Below, one piece after another: positions 44,912 through 53,168 of a stretch of DNA of 64,000 bases. The DNA lies in IMG/VR virus record IMGVR_UViG_3300021256_000009. One strand, written 5' to 3'. The position numbers and the translations under genes are program-made. Numbering within the stretch: position 1 is the stretch's first letter; the number at the start of each line of letters is the position of its first letter. The stretch is from an uncultured virus (IMG/VR IMGVR_UViG_3300021256_000009). Lineage: Duplodnaviria; Heunggongvirae; Uroviricota; Caudoviricetes. The notes beneath the pieces are model-generated. The model was not told the origin of the DNA, searched no databases, and saw nothing but the letters and a program-made list of their open reading frames with translations.

Positions 44912-45492
44912 AACAGGTCTTAAACAGGACAACTGCGCCCCAGGTCGTGCGTTTCTTTGATGTCTGCTTCAAGCGTGGCGTCATTGATGCGTACGAGCTT
45001 GGGGATGACCTGGAAGCGAAGGATTTCCTTGAATCTCGGCTGGAAGACTGGCGTTTCGGGGTTATCGGGAAGCCGGAGGACCTGGACTGGCAGATGTTCA
45101 GGTTCACGATGTATTTCTGGGCGAGGGAGAACCATCTTACGAAGTTCGCGGAGGACTATATTTTCAAGGTCCGTGCGAAGAACTACACCTGGTGTTTGTT
45201 GCCATATTGCCTTCGGTTTTATCTTATGGGCATCAAGGAGTGGCTGGATTATCCGAATCCGGTCAACCTTGAGATGTTCAAACACTCTAGCAAAGTACAC
45301 TGGAATCCGTCTGTGACGCCTTACAAGATCACGACTGGCGACTTTATATCCTACATGCACGAGTTTGCGTACGATTACCGCCGCCGGCCAGAAGAAGAGA
45401 AGGAAGTCTCGGATGCGGCCATGGACAGCTTCTGCCTGGCTATTTTTGACTTGACGAGGAAGTATGAGCGAAAGTCGGAAGAAGATTTTTAG
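44908..45492 (+). CDS. Hypothetical protein
   Basis: Operon packing. Confidence 0.75.
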   Translation: MKQVLNRTTAPQVVRFFDVCFKRGVIDAYELGDDLEAKDFLESRLEDWRFGVIGKPEDLDWQMFRFTMYFWARENHLTKFAEDYIFKVRAKNYTWCLLPYCLRFYLMGIKEWLDYPNPVNLEMFKHSSKVHWNPSVTPYKITTGDFISYMHEFAYDYRRRPEEEKEVSDAAMDSFCLAIFDLTRKYERKSEEDF

Positions 45493-45814
45493 GCCGGCAC
45501 ACGAGGAGCCTGGTAAGATGTGGCTGAACTACATTCTTTTGCCGTACGGGGAATATTATACGAAGACGAAAGTGTTCCTGGAAGCAAAAGAGGGAGACAC
45601 GCTTCGGTTCTATAATGGTCGTGATGTGTCGATCAAGAGCGTCATGCTCATAGCGTGCGACAAGACTTGCGACTTTCTGTGTAAAATGCGGTACGGAATA
45701 ACCTGGGACAAGGCTTTTAAGAGGTGGCTCAGTTATGCCAGGCTGGAAGGGAACGGAAAAGATATTTTGAGCAAATCGAAATGTATTCTTGTTGTTTATG
45801 AAGATCCAGTGTAA
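45464..45814 (+). CDS. Hypothetical protein
   Basis: Operon packing. Confidence 0.7.
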   Translation: MSESRKKIFRPAHEEPGKMWLNYILLPYGEYYTKTKVFLEAKEGDTLRFYNGRDVSIKSVMLIACDKTCDFLCKMRYGITWDKAFKRWLSYARLEGNGKDILSKSKCILVVYEDPV

Positions 45815-46067
45815 ATTTGCAGAATACATGCTTGCTCCGGCAAACGCGCTTCGGCAAGCGGACTCTTACGAGACTATGGACGGGATTGTTTGTAGGCTTG
45901 AATATGTGGCTACATGGAACAACTCGGATGGAAGTTATTACGGAGAGTTAGAAGATGTCTGCCAGCATAGATTCGGTTGTCCGTTCTCGACTATTAGGTC
46001 TATTTGGATAAGCCGGCTAGGAAGAGTCGATGTGTATTGGCATTTGGTAAAAATGATAAAAGTATAG
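45798..46067 (+). CDS. Hypothetical protein
   Basis: Operon packing. Confidence 0.65.
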   Translation: MKIQCKFAEYMLAPANALRQADSYETMDGIVCRLEYVATWNNSDGSYYGELEDVCQHRFGCPFSTIRSIWISRLGRVDVYWHLVKMIKV

Positions 46068-46069
46068 TT

Positions 46070-46450
46070 ATGGAAAACAATTTATTATTTCCTTTAAAGT
46101 ACCGCCTCCGTAAGACGGATGATCCGGTAGAAGTTATTGCATGGGAGACCGCAGAGAAAGGTTCCCGCAGCGAGAATGACTGGGTATCGTACATCGACTC
46201 ACATGGCGAAGAACACGTCAAGGAGCATCTGACGCTCGAATGGGACTTTGTTATCGACAGCCCGTTTGAGAAGATCATCTCCGGCGGTTTCGGAAGTAGC
46301 CTGCCTGCGTTCGACCCTTGGGAGGCGAGGCGGTATGAGCTGACGAAGGAGTTCGTAATGATGAAAGGTGACTGTCTGGCTGATGCTGTTCTAAAGGCTG
46401 ATGCGATGATTGCCGCCCTGAAGAAGTCTCCGGAAGCAAAAGAGGAATAA
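46070..46450 (+). CDS. Hypothetical protein
   Basis: WEARRYEL.KE...AV..ADAMIAAL motif. Confidence 0.7.
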   Translation: MENNLLFPLKYRLRKTDDPVEVIAWETAEKGSRSENDWVSYIDSHGEEHVKEHLTLEWDFVIDSPFEKIISGGFGSSLPAFDPWEARRYELTKEFVMMKGDCLADAVLKADAMIAALKKSPEAKEE

Positions 46451-46617
46451 CCGAAAAAAGAGCCATAGAAAGAATTTAATGACAGCGAGGCCATCTTCGA
46501 GTGTACATGGGAAGAGGAATAATATTCAGTCGCGTGTCGGGTACACGGTGTAACTAACTGCTCGCTATTCTTTCACCACGGCGTAATTGCCCAGGAGTGC
46601 ACTAACGGCGGCGTATC

Positions 46618-46716
46618 GGATGGGTACCTCAGATGGTTAGAGGTCGGGAGGTGGCGAAATTGCGCTGAAATAAGCGCAGCCTTCCGAAGTCGCAGGTTCG
46701 AGTCCTGCTCCGTCCG
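46618..46716 (+). ncRNA. tRNA-like RNA with an enlarged anticodon arm
   Basis: Acceptor GGATGGG/TCCGTCC, D-arm CCTC/GAGG, 8-bp stem enclosing an extra hairpin, T-arm GCAGG-TTCGAGT-CCTGC. Confidence 0.8.
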
Positions 46717-46730
46717 CAAATGTTTGGTTT

Positions 46731-46922
46731 ATGAGCAATAAGGAATTACAACCCTGGGATTACGCTTGGATTGACGATAAGTTGTCCGAGATGCAGGACA
46801 TGTGGCAGAAGGAGCATGTAGCATTTGATTGGGACGACATGCACGATCTGTTTAAGGCGATTGCGAAACATTATTATGAGCTCGGTAAGAATGATGGTAG
46901 TAGTGTTTTAATATGCAATTAA
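46731..46922 (+). CDS. Small hypothetical protein
   Basis: IAKHYYELG motif. Confidence 0.6.
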   Translation: MSNKELQPWDYAWIDDKLSEMQDMWQKEHVAFDWDDMHDLFKAIAKHYYELGKNDGSSVLICN

Positions 46923-48418
46923 GAGAATACCAGAATACACTGATTACCGAGTCTCGCCAGGCTCTTGCGAAGCACAAGCATATTATTGTACAGTCGCCGA
47001 CAGGAAGCGGGAAAGGGGTTCTTATTGGTTCGATGGCATCAATGGCTATAGCCAAGCACAACCGCGTCTTAATCCTTGCTCACAGCGAGGAAATCTTGAG
47101 ACAAGACGCTGGACACGCTCGGAAATGGGGCGTAAATGCGGCAGAGGTCTTCGCGAAGACCAGAAAGCGTCCTGATGCAGAGTGCTGCTGTATGATGGCG
47201 CAAACGCTCCGTCAGCGGCTTAAAAAGGACGAATGGGCGAGCTGGTTCGACACATTCAGGTTGATTATCCTAGACGAATGCCATAGGGCGGAGTTTGACT
47301 TCGTGTTTGATCAGCCGGCAGTCGATATGACATTTGTCGTCGGACTTTCTGCTAGCCCGGCCCGTTACGGCCAGATGCGCCAGCTAGGAATGGACTACGG
47401 CGCCGTTGTAGTGGGTCCGCAAGTGAAGGAGTTGATTGATCTCGGTTATCTATGTCGATGCCGGTTGTTCTCTCTGGATGCTCCTTCTATGGATGATGTA
47501 GAGTGGAGTTCCGGTCGCGGTGACTACAATCTCAGTCAGATGTCTGCAAAGTTCAAGTCTCGAGCCAGGTATGTTGGTGCCGTCGAGAACTATAAGCGTA
47601 TCTGCCCAGGAGAAAAGACTCTTGTTTTTTGTTGCAGTTCCGAGCAGACGATTGAGTTGACGAAGGCTTTTTGTGAGGCCGGCATCGAGGCTAGGTATTG
47701 TCTATCCGGCGACTTTGACGAGGACGAGGAGTACAGCGGCGAACGGAAGGATGTCGTGGACGCCTTTGCTCGGGGAGAATTCCCCGTCCTGGTCAACTAC
47801 GGCCTGTTCACCACAGGCATCGACATCCCGGATATCAAGGTCGTTATGCTTATGTTTTCGACGACCTCGCTGGTGAAATACATGCAGTGCCTTGGCAGGG
47901 CGAGCCGAATCGCTGACGGGAAGAATAATGAATTTTTGTGCCTGGACTTTGGACGCAACTATGAGCGGTTGGGCCGGTATGAGGATGATCGTGAATGGTC
48001 CGTCTGGCACAATACAGGCTCCGGCGGCGGCGTCGCGCCGACGAAGGAATGCAAGGGCTGCGGACGGTTGGTCCCAGTGTCTTGGACCGACTGCAAATTT
48101 TGCGGCTACCACTTCCCGACCGAGCACGAAATTTATCGAGCGGAGCTGCAGGAAATTGTTAGCAAAGAGCAAGACGAGGAAACCCTTGAGCAGATGGTCG
48201 CCAGGAAGAAACTTGCCGGCTGGAAGAACGACTGGATCCTTCGTGATGTTTGTCAAAAAAATCCATCTAACATGAAGGAGGCGTTTATGAAAGCGATTGA
48301 GATACTGCGTACTACGCACGGAGAAAAAATCACTCCAAAGTATTGGCACTTCTTCAAGGAGCACAAACTTGGCCGGATTAAGGAAAAGAAAGAAGACTCC
48401 TCTCAGAAGCTGTTTTAG
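46913..48418 (+). CDS. SF2 DEAD/ResIII-like helicase with Zn ribbon
   Basis: LREYQ, SPTGSGKG, DECH, SAS, TGIDIPD, Q.LGRASR, C..C...C..C. Confidence 0.93.
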   Translation: MQLREYQNTLITESRQALAKHKHIIVQSPTGSGKGVLIGSMASMAIAKHNRVLILAHSEEILRQDAGHARKWGVNAAEVFAKTRKRPDAECCCMMAQTLRQRLKKDEWASWFDTFRLIILDECHRAEFDFVFDQPAVDMTFVVGLSASPARYGQMRQLGMDYGAVVVGPQVKELIDLGYLCRCRLFSLDAPSMDDVEWSSGRGDYNLSQMSAKFKSRARYVGAVENYKRICPGEKTLVFCCSSEQTIELTKAFCEAGIEARYCLSGDFDEDEEYSGERKDVVDAFARGEFPVLVNYGLFTTGIDIPDIKVVMLMFSTTSLVKYMQCLGRASRIADGKNNEFLCLDFGRNYERLGRYEDDREWSVWHNTGSGGGVAPTKECKGCGRLVPVSWTDCKFCGYHFPTEHEIYRAELQEIVSKEQDEETLEQMVARKKLAGWKNDWILRDVCQKNPSNMKEAFMKAIEILRTTHGEKITPKYWHFFKEHKLGRIKEKKEDSSQKLF

Positions 48419-48432
48419 GCACGGGATTTGAA
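48417..48432 (+). promoter_or_regulatory. Sigma54-type motif
   Basis: AGGCACG-GGAT-TTGAA overlapping the helicase stop. Confidence 0.6.
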
Positions 48433-48456
48433 GGGAGAGCAGAAAAAAATAATGAT

Positions 48457-48666
48457 ATGATTATTTCAGAACAAATCGGGACACTCGTCGGGTTTCAATA
48501 TGACAGTGACGGATTCCAATTCCAAACTGAAGCATATCCCGACGCTATCAATGGCGTGCCACAAAGTTTTTATTTCCCATTCAACAGGAACAGGCCAAAG
48601 GCGTTTTGCCTTGATGAATTCCGTGGAAAGCGAGTTAGGATAATCGTAGAAATGGAAGAGGAGTAG
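48457..48666 (+). CDS. Hypothetical protein
   Basis: Operon packing. Confidence 0.65.
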   Translation: MIISEQIGTLVGFQYDSDGFQFQTEAYPDAINGVPQSFYFPFNRNRPKAFCLDEFRGKRVRIIVEMEEE

Positions 48667-48668
48667 TT

Positions 48669-48941
48669 ATGGACATCGAGATTAGACGGAACAGGCGCGG
48701 ATACTGCGACATATTCCCCGTATGCGTAAAGATGTTAGAGGGTGTAGGGAATCAGATTGTAGCCGACATTTGTGATGGTTGCCCTCACTGGCACGAAAGG
48801 CCGTTGGTGAAGCCGACCTTCACAGCTGTGCTGGAGGCCACTGAAACTATTCAGGACTGGCTCCAAGACGAAGATGGCAGGGCTGTTCTGATAGAGAAGG
48901 ACAATATGAGTCTTTTAGAGAAAAGCGAATACGAGAAATGA
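48669..48941 (+). CDS. Hypothetical protein
   Basis: C...C..CDGC. Confidence 0.65.
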   Translation: MDIEIRRNRRGYCDIFPVCVKMLEGVGNQIVADICDGCPHWHERPLVKPTFTAVLEATETIQDWLQDEDGRAVLIEKDNMSLLEKSEYEK

Positions 48942-49189
48942 AACTACTTAGAGATAAGACAATTGATGTTTTGGATTCGGCATTGGCTGAAATTCAACTC
49001 AGGGAATGGGAGGCACGCAAAAGTGACGAGTTTAGGTTCGCTGATGGGCTGAATTCTGCGTGGAGGTTTCTTGCCGATATGCACGCAGAATATGTGAACC
49101 AAAAGGCGAAAAGAAATCCGATATTTCGGTGGAGAATTCGGTCTGGATATAAAAAGGCCATCAAAGCAATAAGGGATGTCGAACTATGA
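48938..49189 (+). CDS. Hypothetical protein
   Basis: ATGA overlaps. Confidence 0.65.
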   Translation: MKLLRDKTIDVLDSALAEIQLREWEARKSDEFRFADGLNSAWRFLADMHAEYVNQKAKRNPIFRWRIRSGYKKAIKAIRDVEL

Positions 49190-49614
49190 AGTCAGTAATC
49201 TACGAGTTTGACCCGGTGATATACCCGTTTAAGTTGCTCGTGTCGAAGGATTTTGACGCGAAGGAGCTTGGTGGTATGTACTATTGCATTGACGATGAAG
49301 AGAATTTGATTGATTCTCCAGGAGAGTTCATCCCAAACAGACGGACTATTGCAAGAACGATACAATGCTCACCGAAGGACGGTTCTGAAACATTCTATTT
49401 AGTGCTGCTTTATCGTCCGAAGGTTATCGGCGTCGGTACTCTTGCCCACGAGTCTCTGCATATAGCCAATTTTGTCGGAGAATGGCTTGGTTTTCTTCCG
49501 AAGAAAGCTAACGAGGATGAGCCGCAAGCATATCTTGTTCAATGGCTGTCAAACTGCATTGATTCAGTGTTACGGGGCCATCCCGAGAAAATGAAAGGAG
49601 TAAAAGTTGAGTAA
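49186..49614 (+). CDS. HExxH metallopeptidase-like phage protein
   Basis: EFDPVIYP, LAHESLH, DEPQAYL. Confidence 0.7.
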   Translation: MKSVIYEFDPVIYPFKLLVSKDFDAKELGGMYYCIDDEENLIDSPGEFIPNRRTIARTIQCSPKDGSETFYLVLLYRPKVIGVGTLAHESLHIANFVGEWLGFLPKKANEDEPQAYLVQWLSNCIDSVLRGHPEKMKGVKVE

Positions 49615-49615
49615 T

Positions 49616-49891
49616 ATGGCAAAAATGAAACATCAAGACGGATACGCTCCGTCCGCAGAAGAAACAAAGAAGTTGAACGAAATCGTATCCTGGCTCGAGG
49701 ATAATGGGTACCACGGAATGATGATGATCCACAAGGGCGATATAGCCGTGTCTTGGGCGAATGTCGAGGATGCGGAGGAAGTGCGCCACTCCATCGTGAA
49801 CTCCATCGGGCATATCGTCGAGGAAAGCGAGAATACGGCGGTCGCTATCGCTCTTGGAATGATGAAGGCAGTTAAACAAATTCAGCCATGA
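49616..49891 (+). CDS. Hypothetical protein
   Basis: Operon packing. Confidence 0.65.
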   Translation: MAKMKHQDGYAPSAEETKKLNEIVSWLEDNGYHGMMMIHKGDIAVSWANVEDAEEVRHSIVNSIGHIVEESENTAVAIALGMMKAVKQIQP

Positions 49892-50073
49892 AACCAGGAG
49901 ACAAGGTGTGGTGGTTTGACGCGAGGACGCAGACCATAGAATGTGGAGAGGCGATGGAAGTAAATGTGCGAAAAGGCACCGTTTACATTTACGACCGCGG
50001 CCTTTGGTTGGGTCGCGAAGCTTTCCCCACCCGAGAGGCTTTATGTGAACACTATCGGAAAATTTTTGAGTGA
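49888..50073 (+). CDS. Small hypothetical protein
   Basis: KPGDKVW...AFPTREAL. Confidence 0.65.
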   Translation: MKPGDKVWWFDARTQTIECGEAMEVNVRKGTVYIYDRGLWLGREAFPTREALCEHYRKIFE

Positions 50074-50074
50074 T

Positions 50075-50308
50075 ATGGAAATTGTTAGACCAGGATACGA
50101 CACGTCTACGCTGCACAGATGCGATGTTTGTTGTTGCGAATTTAGGTATCTTCCGGGCGAGGTCGAGACAGAAGAACATCTTCTTTATAATGTACCTGAA
50201 CAATATAGAGATTATAATGGCGGAGACACGAAAGCGTGCGGAGTTCGGTATGCACGATTCGTTATATGCCCTTGCTGTAAGACTAAATGCTACATTGACA
50301 AAGAATAA
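50075..50308 (+). CDS. Zn-ribbon protein
   Basis: CDVCCCEF...ICPCC; resembles 17218. Confidence 0.65.
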   Translation: MEIVRPGYDTSTLHRCDVCCCEFRYLPGEVETEEHLLYNVPEQYRDYNGGDTKACGVRYARFVICPCCKTKCYIDKE

Positions 50309-50309
50309 T

Positions 50310-51254
50310 ATGCAAGTTTTCGTTCCATACCCTTCGCCGATAGATGTGGCGAAATGCCTGGACCCGAAAAGGCTCAGGAAGCAGGTCATTGAATGTGACC
50401 AGATTCTCAAGGCTATTTACGGTGAGTCTGATGCTTGGAAGAATCATCCGGTAGTGAAGATGTATAGGCCGCACATCCAGTTTCTCGCCGCTTATGCGGA
50501 CACGTTGTGGACCTTTGAGCAGGGTTGTCGTGATTGGTGTGACCGTCTTAGCGCGATAGCGGACTCTTATAGACCTCCCTTCCTCACAGAATCCTTCTGC
50601 GACCAGCACAAGCGAAGGCTCTATACCAAGGCGCCGGAGCTTTATCCTCAATTCGCAGAGTATGGGACCAGCGAAGAGAACTGGTACTTCGTGGACGGGG
50701 AAATCGTGAAATACGTTAACGGAAAAAAGAATATGAGTGAACAGGTGAACCATCCATCCCACTACCAGAAGAACGGGAAAGAGTGCATTGATGTTATGAT
50801 CGAGAAGTTCGGAACGGAAGCTGTTATTAACTTCTGCGAGTGTAACCAGTTCAAGTACGAATGGCGTGCTGGGCGGAAGGATGGTAATTCTGCAGAGCAA
50901 GATCTCGCCAAGGCGCAATGGTACAGAAAGAAGGCGGAGGAGCTGAAAGGAAATACATTGAGTAGCGAGATTGTGCCGCTATTCGAAGATGTAGCTCAAG
51001 AGTTGGCGGAATCTATTGAAAGAGCGAATGAGGCATCCCTCGAGTTTACCGAACGACTCCCAGAGCTTATGGAATCTATTTGCCAACAAGTAGAGATTGA
51101 AGCCGGAGAAAAATATCTTAAAAATGTAGAACGCTATGTTAAGTCTTCTTTTTTATCCAAATGGTATTGGAAGCGTAAGGTCGATAAATCTAATAAAGAA
51201 TTAGAAAATATACTTGAAGCGACTGCAAAATGGAAGAAAGAAAATCTCAAATAG
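50310..51254 (+). CDS. Pyrimidine-dimer glycosylase-like domain fused in frame to a DUF3310-like domain
   Basis: MQVFVPY...LD.KRL.KQ.IE..QI...WKNHP...MY; then VNHPSHY...ECID...KY.WRAG.K.....DL.KA.WY from 50733. Confidence 0.7.
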   Translation: MQVFVPYPSPIDVAKCLDPKRLRKQVIECDQILKAIYGESDAWKNHPVVKMYRPHIQFLAAYADTLWTFEQGCRDWCDRLSAIADSYRPPFLTESFCDQHKRRLYTKAPELYPQFAEYGTSEENWYFVDGEIVKYVNGKKNMSEQVNHPSHYQKNGKECIDVMIEKFGTEAVINFCECNQFKYEWRAGRKDGNSAEQDLAKAQWYRKKAEELKGNTLSSEIVPLFEDVAQELAESIERANEASLEFTERLPELMESICQQVEIEAGEKYLKNVERYVKSSFLSKWYWKRKVDKSNKELENILEATAKWKKENLK

Positions 51255-51547
51255 CAACAACAATCGAGCAGTCGAAGCGGCTGCTTGCTGCAGGTATTGA
51301 CCCGAAGAGTGCGGATATGTACTGGGGACATGTTGATTTTGGCGGTAGCATGCAAATAGTCGAACTCCCAGCAAATCCACATCTTGACATTAACTCTACG
51401 ATTTCTCACGCCTGGTCTCTGTCGAGGCTGTGGGACCTTCTTAGCGGGACCGTTCTCGGCGGATGGTTCTCGCTTGGCTCAGATACGAGCGCGGATGTTA
51501 TTGAAAAACTCGTTGTGATGATAGAGGATCAACATGCCAATCATTGA
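51230..51547 (+). CDS. Hypothetical protein
   Basis: TTIEQSKRL...GID..SADM.W, AWSLS.L. Confidence 0.7.
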   Translation: MEERKSQIATTIEQSKRLLAAGIDPKSADMYWGHVDFGGSMQIVELPANPHLDINSTISHAWSLSRLWDLLSGTVLGGWFSLGSDTSADVIEKLVVMIEDQHANH

Positions 51548-51935
51548 GACCCCTCCGCAGCCGAAGAAGCGCGGCCATTCCATGCCGGAGGGTAAAATCC
51601 AGGCGGCTTGCTACGAGTATTTCTGGAACAACTATCCGCAGTATCGAGGACTTTATTTTGCTGTCCCTAACGAGAACACTAGGTCTGACTCGAATGCGAT
51701 CACTGGTGCAATCCGAAGGTCTATGGGCGTCTATCACGGAGTGTCAGATACGCTTATGCTTATCCCTCGCCATGGATTTCACGGTTTGTGCATCGAGTAT
51801 AAAGACGAGGATGGAAGACAGTCTTCTCACCAAGTCGCCTGGCAGAAACTTGTAGAGTCTCATGGGTACAAGTATTGCTTGTGCCGTAGTTTGGCACAAT
51901 TCAAGGAAATCTTAAAAGAATATTTGGATGCTTAG
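51534..51935 (+). CDS. VRR-NUC nuclease
   Basis: E..IQ, FAVPN, GV..GVSD, IEYK...GRQS..Q. Confidence 0.88.
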   Translation: MPIIETPPQPKKRGHSMPEGKIQAACYEYFWNNYPQYRGLYFAVPNENTRSDSNAITGAIRRSMGVYHGVSDTLMLIPRHGFHGLCIEYKDEDGRQSSHQVAWQKLVESHGYKYCLCRSLAQFKEILKEYLDA

Positions 51936-52131
51936 GGCGAAAACTGAAGAGCAGCGTAGGCACATTGATGCGATTCTGGGATACATATATCACGACCACC
52001 CGTACGATCTTGATGGAGACTTCAACGATGTAACGCAGTACGAAAGAATCTATATTGACGGGGAAATATCGTACGACATGATGGCTGACATCGTCGACTA
52101 TTTACGCTCTTGCAATCCGGAAGAAAAGTAG
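51928..52131 (+). CDS. Small hypothetical protein
   Basis: Operon packing. Confidence 0.6.
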   Translation: MLRAKTEEQRRHIDAILGYIYHDHPYDLDGDFNDVTQYERIYIDGEISYDMMADIVDYLRSCNPEEK

Positions 52132-52139
52132 TATATTTG
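52132..52139 (+). promoter_or_regulatory. Bacteroidota -7 element 4 nt before ATG
   Basis: TATATTTG-CATC-ATG. Confidence 0.6.
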
Positions 52140-52143
52140 CATC

Positions 52144-52788
52144 ATGGCCAAGAGTTTAATACCGCTTCGCCCGAGTGCTATTGTCTCGGGACTCACACAG
52201 GACGAACAGTCCGCATTGACTTGGTTTGTAATTTCCGGGTGCTCCAGGAAGGATGCTTTTGTAACTTTTGCCAGGCCAGACATGCTAGCGTCAAAAGCGA
52301 AGGCCGCGATCGACGAGTATGTAAAACAGTTCTTCTCCAGAAAGGAGTGCATTGCTTATATTGAAGCATATAGGCAGACGCTTGACAATTTTTTGAATCA
52401 GAAGAAGGAAGAGGCGAAGGTATCCGGTTCGCTTGAGGAGAGGAAAGCAAAGGCGAAGACAAAAGCGACGGAATTCGCGATATCATTGGCGGACAATATC
52501 GACCAGGCAGACGATCCAGAGTTCGTGCTTAAACTTATGGACAAAGTTGGATTGCTTGACGGAGACGAACAGGTAGAAGAGCAGCCGAGGCGCTACCTTC
52601 CGCAAAGCTGTTCTGACCATTGCGCCTATCGAATGTTCTGCGAGGAGAACACCGAGGATATGTGCCAGTACTGCAAGTACCATCACTACGGGGAAGAAAA
52701 TGGGATCCACTATGACAAGACTGAAATCCTCGATGTCCCACTGCACTCTGGCACGGAAGTTGAAGAACAAACAGAAAAAGAAGAATAA
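52144..52788 (+). CDS. Hypothetical protein, candidate terminase small subunit
   Basis: N-terminal HTH-like segment, helical middle, Cys-rich tail; assignment weak. Confidence 0.45.
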   Translation: MAKSLIPLRPSAIVSGLTQDEQSALTWFVISGCSRKDAFVTFARPDMLASKAKAAIDEYVKQFFSRKECIAYIEAYRQTLDNFLNQKKEEAKVSGSLEERKAKAKTKATEFAISLADNIDQADDPEFVLKLMDKVGLLDGDEQVEEQPRRYLPQSCSDHCAYRMFCEENTEDMCQYCKYHHYGEENGIHYDKTEILDVPLHSGTEVEEQTEKEE

Positions 52789-53102
52789 TGGAATTCAAAG
52801 GAAGAGTAACGGCTGTCATGCCGATTGAAAGAGGTGTTGGACAGAGAGGTCCCTGGGCGCGTGCGACAATCGTGCTTGAGTACGAGAGCGGCCAGTATCC
52901 GAAGAGTATCGCACTCCAGAACTCGAAAGACGCTGAGAATTTCGCACGGATTCGGGTCGGAGACACTGGAACATTCAAGGTTGATTTCAAGACGCGTGAA
53001 TACAACGGAAAGGTCTATACCGACATCAACTGTTGGTCCTGGAACATCGACCAGGCGTCGCAGCCTCAGCAGACCGCGAACTATAACGGCGGTCCTATTT
53101 AG
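52788..53102 (+). CDS. DUF3127-like SSB
   Basis: MEF.G.V...W....VLE...QYPK.I...REYNGK.Y.DI..W. Confidence 0.8.
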   Translation: MEFKGRVTAVMPIERGVGQRGPWARATIVLEYESGQYPKSIALQNSKDAENFARIRVGDTGTFKVDFKTREYNGKVYTDINCWSWNIDQASQPQQTANYNGGPI

Positions 53103-53132
53103 AACCTACCAACTTGCCTAACTATATATGGA

Positions 53133-53168
53133 AGAGCGCCCCGATCTGGAGCGCTCTATTTTATTTAT
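53133..53168. terminator. Terminator between convergent SSB and portal genes
   Basis: AGAGCGC/GCGCTCT stem with T-rich tail. Confidence 0.6.

Noticed and set aside
50070..50309. 80-aa N-terminal extension of the glycosylase-like ORF
   Set aside because: Overlaps the Zn-ribbon gene 50075-50308; the family-type N-terminus MQVF starts at 50310.
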